From a virus, in the IMG/VR virus record IMGVR_UViG_3300012642_000011, positions 192,001 through 256,000 of that record: a DNA stretch of 64,000 bases; one strand, given 5' to 3'. A model generated the notes under the pieces. It did not search any database. It saw nothing but the letters and a program-made list of their open reading frames with translations, and was not told where the DNA came from. Each line of letters opens with the position of its first letter. Positions within the stretch are counted from its first letter, which is position 1. Below, one piece after another: positions 31,192-41,016 of this stretch. The translations under genes were made by a program, and so were the position numbers.

Positions 31192-31638
31192 TGCTCTCTC
31201 CTTCGTCTTCCATGTGTCTGGGGTGATGTAGCTGGCGTACATTTCATAGGTCGAGTGGTCGTTCTCGCCCCGCCAGACACCCACCCAGACACCTTCTGTT
31301 GCGTCGTAGGTGGCATGGCGCGTCGTGTAGGTCACCTCGTCCCACACGGCCTCGATAACTCCGTGGGCAGGGATGATCTGTGTGCCGTCCTCCGTGGGGA
31401 GGCTCTTGACGGGGCGGCGGATCGTGATGGCGCTGCCATTGCCGTCGCCACCCGCGATCCACATGCCGTCCTCGGCGCACCAGTCGTCGTCCTCGTTGCG
31501 GTGGTGGGCGATCCCCTCACGGATTTCGGTGCAGGTCACGCCGCGCGCCGCCCAGGTTTTTTTCCAGGTGATGTGGTCGCCGGGGAGCACGTCGTCAGGG
31601 GTCGCGTTCTCGATGGTCTGTACGTTCTGCTCGCTCAT
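31186..31638 (-). CDS. paralog family A member 3
   Basis: MSEQNVQTIENATPDDVLPGDHITWKKTW...ITIRRPVK. Confidence 0.55.
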   Translation of the reverse strand: MSEQNVQTIENATPDDVLPGDHITWKKTWAARGVTCTEIREGIAHHRNEDDDWCAEDGMWIAGGDGNGSAITIRRPVKSLPTEDGTQIIPAHGVIEAVWDEVTYTTRHATYDATEGVWVGVWRGENDHSTYEMYASYITPDTWKTKERAS

Positions 31639-31743
31639 TCTGTTCTCTCCTTCAGAAGAAATTGGTAGGGAGTGCTTTGCTCTGTGTTGTCCTCCCTGTT
31701 AACGTGATTATTTTACCAAGCGAGGGGACGCTCTGCTGTTTAC

Positions 31744-32496
31744 TCAATCGGTGGATCGAATTACAGCGTTGTTCTTCAGCCACGTTTCACCAGACACCAG
31801 CGCATCACCGAATACATCTGCTCGCTCGGATACCCACGCGTTATCACACACGTGTGCATTGCCGGACACATTTGCCATACCGAAAATCATCGCATTACCG
31901 GACACCAACGCATTTCCAGACACGCGTGCGTTACCAAATACCCATGCTGTGCCGATCACTCGTGCATTGCCGTCCACGCCTGCATTGCCAGACACGCATA
32001 CGTTGCCAGATACGTAGGCGTTATCAGTCAGCATGGCCTTACCAACCACCAGTACATAACCGGAAACTCGTGCGTTGCCAGTTACTCGCGCGTTGCCGGT
32101 CACCCACACGTCGTCAGTCACTCGCGCTTCGTACTCCACTGTCGAGTTGCCTTCTACGCGTGCGTTGCCGGACACTTCTGCGTTCTCGAAAACCTCTGCG
32201 TTACCGTACACCCACGCGTTGTCGGTTACTCGCGCGTTATCGTACACCTCCGCTTCACCGGACACTCGCGCGTTGTCGGTTACTCGTGCGTTACCGTAGA
32301 CTACTGCGTAGTCGAATACTCGTGCATCATCGGCTACCCAAGCGTTTCCTGAAAGGTTACCCAGATGTTCCACATATCCGCCGAGATCACCGGCCTTCAC
32401 GTCATGAGTAGGCAGGTCTCGTGTGGCTCGGATACGGTGGAGCGTGCGACCTTCATAGTGAATTGTTTCATCTGTTAATTCGAAGTGAGCGCTCAT
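31744..32496 (-). CDS. hexapeptide-repeat (left-handed beta-helix type) protein, about 29 consecutive [GD]-N-A-x-V-x repeats
   Basis: Strict 6-residue period GNARVT/DNARVS/GNAEVF... after about 60-aa N-terminal domain; SD aaggagag plus ATG; the opposite-strand R/H-rich ORF 31662..32411 is its shadow. Confidence 0.6.
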   Translation of the reverse strand: MSAHFELTDETIHYEGRTLHRIRATRDLPTHDVKAGDLGGYVEHLGNLSGNAWVADDARVFDYAVVYGNARVTDNARVSGEAEVYDNARVTDNAWVYGNAEVFENAEVSGNARVEGNSTVEYEARVTDDVWVTGNARVTGNARVSGYVLVVGKAMLTDNAYVSGNVCVSGNAGVDGNARVIGTAWVFGNARVSGNALVSGNAMIFGMANVSGNAHVCDNAWVSERADVFGDALVSGETWLKNNAVIRSTD

Positions 32497-32723
32497 GTTT
32501 TCTCTCCTTAAGTAAGGTTAACTCTGGTTTGTCATTCTCATTGGTGATCGTATATTACCACAAGAATACGACATAAACAAGACGTGTATAAAACTTATGG
32601 TGCGTATTTGCGCTTGTTATCGTTGTGGACTGTCGTTGTCGATAGGGACACAATCCAGTAATCCGTGAAAGAAGAATGCCCGCTATCCTCCCATGTGAAG
32701 GTCAAGCGGGCATCCGTAGTTCG

Positions 32724-32975
32724 TCAGGGCTGAAGAAGTTCATTCATGTAGTCGTGAGCATCCTTGGCGTTGTCGAACGTGGCGAGGGTCTCGCACGTCT
32801 GATCGTCCCAGATGCTCACGGTAGCGTTCTTATGCGCGAGGTAGAACAGGTTAGAACTCACGTAAATGTTTGCTTCAGTCTGGACATCTCCGAACATGAT
32901 GGATGCGCGAACCACCTCGGGCTTGCTAAGGGAAGTAGTCTCCATCTTGGTCAGTTCATTCAGGACGGTCTCCAT
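32724..32975 (-). CDS. hypothetical 83-aa protein
   Basis: Conserved leader catgatgatctctccttg upstream. Confidence 0.45.
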   Translation of the reverse strand: METVLNELTKMETTSLSKPEVVRASIMFGDVQTEANIYVSSNLFYLAHKNATVSIWDDQTCETLATFDNAKDAHDYMNELLQP

Positions 32976-33077
32976 GATGATCTCTCCTTGTGAATGGTAG
33001 GTGTTCGCCTAAGTTGCTTTTCTTATTGTTGGAATCAATCTATCACGGGGGACGTGACGCGCGCAACTCTTAGGTTT

Positions 33078-33371
33078 TCAGATCAGCACACGCATCATGT
33101 CTGTGTCATCAATGGGGGCAAGCACACCGGCTCTCATCAAGTCGTGAGCAAACGCTGTACCGTACTTGCTTAGCGTCACCACGTTCTCGTGAGCGTGACG
33201 AGGATCGCGGATACCGATGACTTCACCCTCATCAGCAGTCCACGCGAGAAAGCGAAGCAGCAGGGTGCCATCGGTCTTCCAGACGGCGACAGCCTCATTG
33301 AAGTGGTTTCCGATGAAGGGGATCTTGAAGGGTGCAGTGGTAATGGCGGTGGTCTTGAAGATGCTTGCCAT
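33078..33371 (-). CDS. hypothetical 97-aa protein
   Basis: SD aggagaacatcATG. Confidence 0.45.
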   Translation of the reverse strand: MASIFKTTAITTAPFKIPFIGNHFNEAVAVWKTDGTLLLRFLAWTADEGEVIGIRDPRHAHENVVTLSKYGTAFAHDLMRAGVLAPIDDTDMMRVLI

Positions 33372-33615
33372 GATGTTCTCCTATGTTTGTACGGTGAGTA
33401 TCAAGGCAATCGTATCAGGCTATCAGCCTATTGTCTACATCATGTTTCGAGATCATTATGGCTATGTGGGGACACAGTAATAGGCTGCAGGATTGGACTT
33501 TTCCTATACCCGATTGTGTGATTGTTTTCGGATGCTGCGACACAATAGCCCGCCGTTCCATCGTGTGAGGTACTAGGCGGGCCATTGCTTATCTACTGTC
33601 TGCGATCAGCGCGGA

Positions 33616-33825
33616 TCACTCGGAGACGACGTACACGGTTCCGGTGGCAGGCTCGTAGTCTTCGGGGCAATTGTCGCACTGCCACGGGCCTTCCATCTTG
33701 GTGGTGCCGCGAATCTGCTCTTCAGTGTAGAAGTCGATGTGCTTGTTGCAGACCGCGTAGACTTCGTGGCCCTTGTTCGAGAATGCGAACAGGTCAACGA
33801 AAGGTGCGTTCGCGTTCTTCATCAT
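33616..33825 (-). CDS. 70-aa protein with CxxC (CDNC) motif
   Basis: Start MMKNANAPF directly after SD ggagagagcatc; upstream part of the tracked ORF lies before the SD. Confidence 0.45.
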   Translation of the reverse strand: MMKNANAPFVDLFAFSNKGHEVYAVCNKHIDFYTEEQIRGTTKMEGPWQCDNCPEDYEPATGTVYVVSE

Positions 33826-33937
33826 GATGCTCTCTCCTTGAGAGTAGTAGGGATCACTCTGTGTTACTCTCCCTGTTGATGACTCAACTCTACCATGGGG
33901 GACGTGACAAGTGCAACTCGTGCAACACGTTTTATTT

Positions 33938-34315
33938 TCAGTCAATGAAACCGTCCTCGATGATCCTTTCGATCATGTTGGCAGCCATGTTCAGAATGAT
34001 GTATGAATTGTCGTTTGCAAGGTCTGCAGCGTTTCGGAGCACTTCTAGTGCTTGCACGCTTTCCATCTCTGTAGGGGGTACTGTGTCCTCTCCTCCTGTA
34101 CCAGCGATGACAGCCCATGTGGAAATGGTCTGCTCTGCGTTCATGGTGTTGATGACCGTATCCGACCTTGAAAGCAACCAGCGGTAACGGATCTGGCTAA
34201 GGATGATGGCGGCGTTAGTAAGGATGGGGTGTTGCCCACGGATGAGGACGAGTTGACCTTGATCGTCTCTGCCCCATTGTGAGATGTTGATGTGTCGCTC
34301 ATGATTAATGCCCAT
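33938..34315 (-). CDS. hypothetical about 125-aa protein
   Basis: Start MGINHERH after SD ggagacaatc. Confidence 0.4.
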   Translation of the reverse strand: MGINHERHINISQWGRDDQGQLVLIRGQHPILTNAAIILSQIRYRWLLSRSDTVINTMNAEQTISTWAVIAGTGGEDTVPPTEMESVQALEVLRNAADLANDNSYIILNMAANMIERIIEDGFID

Positions 34316-34471
34316 GATTGTCTCCATGTCGATGATTGTTTTATCGAATGATAGCATATGGTTCTTTTGGTAGCAAGGTGGGGGCATGGGGACACGGAAT
34401 TATCACTAGGAAAGAACAACGGCCCGCTGTCCTCCCGTGTGTGGGATTCTAGCGGGCCGTTGCGGTTGGGG

Positions 34472-34885
34472 TCAGTCGCCCTCGCCATCGGCGCTAGTCT
34501 TCACGTCAATGTCCGGCACGACGTTCTCCGGCTTGAAGATGACACGATGATGGTACTCGCTGACATCAGCAGAATCAATCTGCTCCGCAATATAAGTAAC
34601 GTTGTCAGACAGGCCAAGGAAATGCTTCTTGTACTCGTTGGGGCCAATCTTGCATGTTACCTCAAGCTGACCATCTGCATCGACAATAGAGCATCGACCC
34701 TCTACCGTAAGCATGTACTTATCCGTGATTCCATTGTAGAAAACCACACGGCGATTGATTTCAAAGTTGTCTGCAGCAGTCGAAAGATTGTCACTAGCCC
34801 TTGACGCGCCAGACTGACAGCCGGTAAGCCCAAGGACAAGAGCACATGCGGCACCAACAAAAGCAAGGTTCTTCTTCTTATTCAT
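34472..34885 (-). CDS. secreted lipoprotein
   Basis: Signal peptide MNKKKNLAFVGAACALVLGLTGC with lipobox LTGC. Confidence 0.55.
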   Translation of the reverse strand: MNKKKNLAFVGAACALVLGLTGCQSGASRASDNLSTAADNFEINRRVVFYNGITDKYMLTVEGRCSIVDADGQLEVTCKIGPNEYKKHFLGLSDNVTYIAEQIDSADVSEYHHRVIFKPENVVPDIDVKTSADGEGD

Positions 34886-35200
34886 TACTCTCCTAATAGA
34901 TGTTTAAAGATGTGAACGTGGTTGATTCATTCGAGGTGATGGGCGGGTGTTTGTTCACGACATGTTATCTCCTTGAAAGCATTGGTCTTATGTTGTTCTC
35001 TTGATCTGATGCTCTCAATGTACAATAGGAACTCTTCACAGTCAAGTCAAGTCGAAGAAATTGTCGTGACGTGTGTAGGTTTTACGAAGACAAGTGTACG
35101 CTTCACCTTTAGCGGGAGGTTAAGGGACACAATTTAAACATCCCGTTATGAAGACAACGGCCCGCTGTCCTCCCGTGTGGGATTCTAGCGTGCCGCTGGT

Positions 35201-35566
35201 TCAGTAGTACAGGGCGATCCACCCGATGGTTTCCCCGTCATCGTCCTGCACAGTGGTCGTGTAGAAGTGAATCAGATCGGTTTCGGGGTTGTCGTTGAAC
35301 GCTCGTGCGATCATGCCTGCACTGAACACCTCGGAAGTGTGCATGATTGCGCCGTCGTAGCCGTGCTGGTTGCTGGAACCGTGGAGGGTTTTGAGGCCGT
35401 GGGGGATCGTGAGTTCCAACGCGCCATCGTGCTTGTCGTAGGTCTCCACCGTCTCGGGGAAGTCATGCTCAAGGATGGTCTGGTACTCACCGTTGGCACG
35501 GACGAGGACGGCGGCGTACTCGCTGTCGTTGATGGCTTGGGCTGCGTCGTTGTAGATGCTGGACAT
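35201..35566 (-). CDS. hypothetical 122-aa protein
   Basis: Start MSSIYND after conserved leader catgatgttctccttgtggagtgtgggg. Confidence 0.45.
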   Translation of the reverse strand: MSSIYNDAAQAINDSEYAAVLVRANGEYQTILEHDFPETVETYDKHDGALELTIPHGLKTLHGSSNQHGYDGAIMHTSEVFSAGMIARAFNDNPETDLIHFYTTTVQDDDGETIGWIALYY

Positions 35567-35703
35567 GATGTTCTCCTTGTGGAGTGTGGGGCTGATTACT
35601 GATGTAAGCATACCATGTTGACAGGGTGTTGTCTATAGATGGTTTTAATCTGGTCAACCTTTTATTTGGGGACACAGGATTGATCTCTTGCCCCGACGTT
35701 TAG

Positions 35704-35800
35704 GCTGAAGTCACATATCTGTGATTGTTATGTCTCAGTTATGTGACTTCAGCGTGCAACGTAGTCCAGTTATGTGACTTCACCGTGCAGCGTAGGCCGC
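35704..35800. promoter_or_regulatory. 14-bp perfect inverted repeat (GCTGAAGTCACATA / TATGTGACTTCAGC, 22-nt spacer) followed by a tandem 30-bp direct repeat CAGTTATGTGACTTCA(G/C)CGTGCA(A/G)CGTAG
   Basis: Read directly; overlaps the 3' end of the 35780..36043 ORF; terminator and/or operator. Confidence 0.4.
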
Positions 35801-36043
35801 TCGACGCTGTTCCTCATGGGCGGTCACAACGTCCTTGATGATGCGATGATCCAGCAGGATTCCCGTAGCGTCGAAGAGGTCATCCTTCATGGTTTCAAGG
35901 ACGTGGACGCGGGCGCGCTGACGCTGTTCAGCGGCTGTGATGATGGTGCTGCCCCGTCGCTTGCACAGGGTGTTCTTCATCTCCTTGCGATGCGTCTTGT
36001 AGCAGTTGTAGATGCGCTGGGAGATGTCAGGGGTGATGGTCAT
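35780..36043 (-). CDS. hypothetical 87-aa basic protein
   Basis: ORF only; weak SD. Confidence 0.3.
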   Translation of the reverse strand: MTITPDISQRIYNCYKTHRKEMKNTLCKRRGSTIITAAEQRQRARVHVLETMKDDLFDATGILLDHRIIKDVVTAHEEQRRAAYAAR

Positions 36044-36230
36044 GGTGATCGTCTTTTCTGTGCGGTCTATGTTCCCACGGTTGTGGTGTCTTCACACTCT
36101 ACAGTGCGTGGTTCCTGATGTCAACACGGGGGACGGACAATCTGGTTGCTTGTGTTCCTTTCTTGTGGTATGCTTCCATGAGAACACCACGAAGGGGTTC
36201 GCGCAATTACACTTCTCAAGGAGAACAGGC

Positions 36231-36608
36231 ATGACCAAGACCGCTTACCAGACCAACACTGGATCAATCCGAGGAGATGTGGCTCTGCTCAAGGAGACCA
36301 TGGATCGTGAGTTCGCGGTGCTGGTGAATCCGTCGCTGAAGAATCTCGACAAGGCAACAGACACTGCACGCAAGTCGGCAGTGGTGCGTCTGGCGAACTA
36401 CACCGCCAAGATGGAGCTGTGTGACCTCCTTACGCTTCTGGTTCATGAGGATGCTGACGATGACACCATCGTGCGCAATGCTCGCAAGCACATCTACGAT
36501 ACCCTGATCTGCAACCACAACTCGCTGTCCGATCTTCAGGCGGCGCGCCGAGATATGATGGAGAACATGGCGTTTGAATTCAGGTGGATGAGCATTCGCC
36601 CGGAGTGA
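36231..36608 (+). CDS. hypothetical 125-aa protein
   Basis: Start MTKTAYQTN after aaggagaacaggc; terminator hairpin 36615-36656 (aaggccacggtagtc...gactaccgtggcctt). Confidence 0.5.
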   Translation: MTKTAYQTNTGSIRGDVALLKETMDREFAVLVNPSLKNLDKATDTARKSAVVRLANYTAKMELCDLLTLLVHEDADDDTIVRNARKHIYDTLICNHNSLSDLQAARRDMMENMAFEFRWMSIRPE

Positions 36609-36801
36609 GAATCGCTGCAAGGCCACGGTAGTCATTCGAGACTACCGTGGCCTTGTTGTATCTGCATGTACTTTGGTACTTCAACAGGGGACACAGAAAA
36701 CAATAGCCAATGGAGCCACAGTCATCATGACTCCATTGGCTGCTTTTGCGGTCAGATCTTCAACCTCTCTATGATCTACCCTCCTGTCTTGTGTAGGGTG
36801 A

Positions 36802-37077
36802 TCAGTCGAGGGTGATGGTCTCGCGCACCAGATCCATGGAACGGTCCCACGTGTTCTTCTCGACCTCGTTATCGCTGAGGCGGCGGGCGTTCTTGATGCG
36901 ATCCTCCATCACGGCCACAGCCTCAGCCTTGGTCATCTCAGGGGTAAGGTGGTCCGTGAACATGTCAGACGTGTTCCACACGTCCGCCTCGTGGTAAGAC
37001 TCCTCGGTACCCATGTCCGTGGCGATCTTCCAGTTCTGATGGAAAGCGTCCGAGAGGGTCTTTGCGATGGTAGCCAT
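36802..37077 (-). CDS. hypothetical 91-aa protein
   Basis: Conserved leader with GGACGCTCC promoter core upstream. Confidence 0.5.
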   Translation of the reverse strand: MATIAKTLSDAFHQNWKIATDMGTEESYHEADVWNTSDMFTDHLTPEMTKAEAVAVMEDRIKNARRLSDNEVEKNTWDRSMDLVRETITLD

Positions 37078-37180
37078 GGTCTTCTCCTTCTGGATTCGTG
37101 GTGCTTGGCTTTCCTCACACCGTTGATGTTTTCAGTCTACTACGCTGGACGCTCCATGAGCAAGACCAGCGTCGAGTGGA

Positions 37181-37369
37181 TCAGACAGTCTCGATGCGGA
37201 TGATCTGGAAGTTCATGTCATCGACAGTGTCCAGCGCGGTCGCTTGGGAGAAGATCGCCATCGCCTCTGCCATGTCCTTGGCCTCCACCGTCATGGTGGC
37301 GTTCTCGGCAACCGTGTCCTCCAGGTCGGGAGCAAGGATGCGAGCGATGTAACGGAACGTGCGGTTCAT
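37181..37369 (-). CDS. hypothetical 62-aa protein
   Basis: SD aagaggacacc plus ATG. Confidence 0.4.
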   Translation of the reverse strand: MNRTFRYIARILAPDLEDTVAENATMTVEAKDMAEAMAIFSQATALDTVDDMNFQIIRIETV

Positions 37370-37699
37370 GGTGTCCTCTTTCAGTCTAGGATGGTGGTGG
37401 CAGTGTTGCCAATGTCTTCAGGCTACACGGACGACATGGGCGCTGTCAAGTACTCATCTGGAATCAGGTGGGCACGGGTATCCCTTGTCTGTCAGGGGTG
37501 AATTGACAACAAGACGCTCCATCGATGGAATCAATCCATACTACTTTGACAGGACTGCACATTTGTGGAAGGATACTTACAAAGGCAACCATGCCTGGAC
37601 AGGCAACCATCACCTGAAGGAGTAGATGATGAACAACATCACCACCCGCGAGCAGATGCACAATCTGGTGCCTCTGATGAACGCTCTGAACCGTCACCC

Positions 37700-39250
37700 G
37701 CAGTCGCTGATTTTGTTACAATAATCACAATCCTAACAATTTTTACATAAGAGGATTTTCACGATAGTTCTTGATATAATCAAGCATGAGAAAAACACAC
37801 GCACCATTTAGACTTACGCATTATGAGATCCACGAAGGAAAAGCCACCAAAAAGGCAATCCTTCAAGAACTCACACGTATGAGCACATGGATGCGCGCAG
37901 AACAAGAACACTACTTCAAAAGCGACATGAACCGCATCATCCAAGAATTTCACAAAGGTGAAATCTTTACCGGTTCCCTTAACTCCCTCGGACGAACCCT
38001 CAACATACAACCATACAAGAACTACCCACACAATGCCTACAACATGAGCGAAATGCTCAGAACTTCCGTCCTCGCCCGCACCGCCGGACAAATACAAGAT
38101 GCCGCAATCTGCGAAATCATCAACAAAGACAATCAAAATGATACAAAAAAGATCATCCAAGACTTCAAGAATACTTATCCACACCTCAAAAAACCCACAG
38201 AAGCACACACCACAGCAGTAGCCAAAAGGCTCATCGAGAAGGGGGTCATTGCTGGAGAACCTGCTCCTGATGGGATCATTAACCTCTCCGCCACAGATAC
38301 TCACTATTGCAAAATCACAAGAGATAATCGCAATCTTTATTTAACTATTCGCTCCCTTGGAGAGTTAGGGCGAGTTGTGCTGAAGTTCAGAATCCCCAAA
38401 AGCGATAGGTTTAGCGGGGGTAAAATAACACGACCCAATATTGCTATCAAAAATGGGGAACCTGTTTTCTACTTCACTGTTCAACATGAGATTGAAACCT
38501 TACCCTACAACTCCCGCGTTCTCGGAGTAGATCTCGGCAAGATTGAAGAATATGTTGCTACCATTGTTGATGGTAACGAGATGAGCTATAGCGCTCCTTA
38601 TTATGCTCGAAAGAAAGTGAAAAGCATCACTGAACAGATGGATAAACTATGGAGACAGTATAATTCTAATAAATACAAGAAAGAAATGAATGAGAAGTTT
38701 GGTCATTTAAATCGCGCAAGCATTCATAAGACGGAATGCCAGAGAATCAGGTCAAGAATCACTCGGTTGAAGAATGAGAGAGCACTCACTATTGCTGCTC
38801 ATTTGGTAGAGGTTGCTGAGCGCAATGGCGTTAGCCTGATTTCTGTTGAGCAGTTATCATGGTTAGGGTCTAAAGGTGGCAAGTGGGAGCATTCTGCTAT
38901 TCAGAATGCTATGGAGAATCGTGGGAGACGTTCTGGCATCGGGGTGCGTAAAGTGAGTGCTAGGGGGACTTCCACTCATTGTTCTAAGTGTAATAAGGAG
39001 GCTCGTCAGTCTGGGCGTTTTGTGATTTGTGATTCTTGTGGTTTAAAGTTGAATCGTGATGTGTCTGCTTCTCGTAAGGTAGGCGTGAGGGCTATTCCTA
39101 ACGCTACTAAACAGTTTAACCATTATAAGCAGGTTTTATCGGTGATGACGCGATCATCGAGGCGGGTTACTATGGTTCCCTCTCCTTACCTCCAGAGTGT
39201 TACGATTGATTCTCAGGAATCTAAGAATTGTAACAACCTAGAGTAGCGTC
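37700..39250 (+). mobile_element. low-GC IS200/IS605-family IS1341-like element carrying tnpB only (no tnpA)
   Basis: Abrupt AT-rich island in GC-rich context whose boundaries coincide with the tnpB ORF. Confidence 0.55.
37786..39246 (+). CDS. tnpB: TnpB-like RuvC-fold RNA-guided endonuclease
   Basis: RuvC-I LGVDLGK, RuvC-II ISVEQLSW, zinc finger CSKCNKE...CDSCG, RuvC-III NRDVSASRKV. Confidence 0.75.
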   Translation: MRKTHAPFRLTHYEIHEGKATKKAILQELTRMSTWMRAEQEHYFKSDMNRIIQEFHKGEIFTGSLNSLGRTLNIQPYKNYPHNAYNMSEMLRTSVLARTAGQIQDAAICEIINKDNQNDTKKIIQDFKNTYPHLKKPTEAHTTAVAKRLIEKGVIAGEPAPDGIINLSATDTHYCKITRDNRNLYLTIRSLGELGRVVLKFRIPKSDRFSGGKITRPNIAIKNGEPVFYFTVQHEIETLPYNSRVLGVDLGKIEEYVATIVDGNEMSYSAPYYARKKVKSITEQMDKLWRQYNSNKYKKEMNEKFGHLNRASIHKTECQRIRSRITRLKNERALTIAAHLVEVAERNGVSLISVEQLSWLGSKGGKWEHSAIQNAMENRGRRSGIGVRKVSARGTSTHCSKCNKEARQSGRFVICDSCGLKLNRDVSASRKVGVRAIPNATKQFNHYKQVLSVMTRSSRRVTMVPSPYLQSVTIDSQESKNCNNLE

Positions 39251-39255
39251 CGCTG

Positions 39256-39645
39256 TTGAACCATGACATCGAGAACACATGGGGGCTGCATGTTGTCGCT
39301 GTCAGCGTTGATAACCCGAACCTGCTCATCACCACAGACATGATGGGGGAGAGTTCCAAGGTGCTGGTCATCGACGGCGACATTGACTTGCGCGACATGG
39401 ATGACCCTGATTCCTATGATGAGGATGGGTCCATTGCCTCCGATATGGTCTTCAACATCGTGGATGAGGTGATGGGGGTGATGGAGACCAACATCCTCAC
39501 GGACTTCTATCGCCTCTTCCTTGACAAGAACACCAAGGTCGAACTTAACCCCATGCTCATCACAAGCCTGTCGAAGTCGGGGGTGCGGTTGTATGTCGCC
39601 TCTGGTTACGAACTCAAGGTCATGAAGATCGCCCGTCTCGCCTGA
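39256..39645 (+). CDS. hypothetical acidic 129-aa protein (TTG start per ORF track)
   Basis: GC-rich ORF immediately after tnpB, followed by terminator caagaaccccagtcagacataactggggttcttg (39652-39690). Confidence 0.4.
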   Translation: MNHDIENTWGLHVVAVSVDNPNLLITTDMMGESSKVLVIDGDIDLRDMDDPDSYDEDGSIASDMVFNIVDEVMGVMETNILTDFYRLFLDKNTKVELNPMLITSLSKSGVRLYVASGYELKVMKIARLA

Positions 39646-39863
39646 TCTCAAGCAAGAACCCCAGTCAGACATAACTGGGGTTCTTGCTTGGCTCTCAATC
39701 AGGGGACACAATAAGTGACTTCTTCCAACTCGTAACCTTGAACTCTCCTCGCGCTTTCATCTTCTGTAGAAGTCATGTGTCCTTGGACAGCACGCAACCC
39801 CGACTCTACCATGTGTGAAACAAGGTCGGATCGGGGTTGCGTCGTCTATGCGCAGATGAGGCA

Positions 39864-40166
39864 TCAGCAATCGTCAGAGGAGTAGTAACTATACGTGTAA
39901 TCGTAACAGAAAGAGGCGATTTCCGCATAATCCACATAGTACTTTCCGACCTTCGCAACGCGCTTCGGGCTTTCGGTTGCAACGCGAGTGTTGCTGTTGA
40001 TGGCGGTGGCAATCCTCTCAACGGTATCCTTCGCCTCTTGCGCGCTTATCATGTGCGCTTTGATCACATGCCCTGAAGTGAGAACCACAGTGACATAGTG
40101 ATACAGTTTGTAGTTCTCATCAGTCTCGGCTTCAAGGTTGCTGACGTTCTTCATGACCCTTCTCAT
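39864..40166 (-). CDS. hypothetical 100-aa protein
   Basis: SD aaggagg upstream. Confidence 0.45.
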   Translation of the reverse strand: MRRVMKNVSNLEAETDENYKLYHYVTVVLTSGHVIKAHMISAQEAKDTVERIATAINSNTRVATESPKRVAKVGKYYVDYAEIASFCYDYTYSYYSSDDC

Positions 40167-40462
40167 TCCTCCTTGTGTAGTGTGGCGGTTGCAGGATCTT
40201 CCTTGTCCTGTTGCTGATGTGAGTATAACATGCAGTATGCTTCTTGTACAGTGTCGATTCTAAGACTGATCTCTTCACAAGTTCTTGATCGCTTGCGGTG
40301 AAGCAGCAACAGTAGGGGCGCGAGATGGAAGCACTGGGGGACACAGATTGTATTGAATCCTGCATAGTTCTTTGTGTCGCTCACGGCCGTCATAGGACGG
40401 AAGAGCGACAAGAATATCTCCCTGCAAGAGGGGGTGGGGATTATGCCCCACCCCTCACCTTG

Positions 40463-40777
40463 TCAAGCGACGATTTCGAGGATTTCCTCGCGGTGCGGGT
40501 GAATTCTCACCGTGACCCCATGGAAGTCAAGATCAAAGAACCGCTCGCCCTCGAACGCGTCACGACCCACCCCCACCACGGTGGCGACTCGCGGAGCATA
40601 GGCCCCGAGGTAGGCACCGGCGAAATCGGGATTAATCTTCAGCATCCATCCCACGCACTCGATATGATCGGGGTTGTCTTTCGACTTGATGACGCCGTTG
40701 TGCGACTTGACCAGAGCCAGCACGTCGCCTACCTTGATGGCGGACTGAAAGACGGGAGTGGTGTTGTAGTCCTTCAT
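40463..40777 (-). CDS. hypothetical 104-aa protein
   Basis: Start MKDYNTT after conserved module A. Confidence 0.5.
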   Translation of the reverse strand: MKDYNTTPVFQSAIKVGDVLALVKSHNGVIKSKDNPDHIECVGWMLKINPDFAGAYLGAYAPRVATVVGVGRDAFEGERFFDLDFHGVTVRIHPHREEILEIVA

Positions 40778-40860
40778 GTTCTCTCCTTGAGAGTGATGGT
40801 CTTGGGTTGTTCCCTTGACCTGATGAATCAATAGTACCACGAGGGACGCTCCATGTTCAA
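40778..40860 (-). promoter_or_regulatory. conserved promoter-leader module (copy A): -35 TTGAAC, 18-nt spacer containing GGAGCGTCC, -10 TACTAT, leader stem-loop GGTCAAGGGAACAACCCAAGACC, SD AAGGAGAG
   Basis: Near-identical modules at 44490-44573, 45776-45860, 46231-46320, 51853-51930, 52454-52537, 52948-53035, 53523-53607, 55109-55200, 56213-56296, 57233-57300, 61043-61127 and degenerate copies elsewhere. Confidence 0.65.
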
Positions 40861-40934
40861 GTACCCTATGGAGTAATTTTTACGGCACGCTCGGCAGCAC
40901 AATCGCTGCGTCATTACCGTCTTGTAATGCTTGA

Positions 40935-41016
40935 TTGACGAGATTGCGTTTATGGTGTAGGCTGGTTTCAGAACAACAGATCAGGGCGACTCGCCCCTCA
41001 CAGAAACGAGAACATC
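40935..41016 (+). promoter_or_regulatory. plus-strand promoter-leader family copy 1: TTGACG-17-TAGGCT, leader ..TCAGAACAACAGATCAGGGCGACTCGCCCCTCACAGAAACGAGAACATC-ATG
   Basis: About 50-nt leader 90% identical to 41635-41683, including hairpin GGGCGACTCGCCC. Confidence 0.55.

Noticed and set aside
31662-32411. 249-aa + strand R/H/C-rich ORF overlapping the hexapeptide-repeat gene
   Set aside because: The minus-strand frame has an SD, the conserved array leader style and a coherent 6-residue repeat structure; the + frame is its antisense shadow generated by the codon periodicity.
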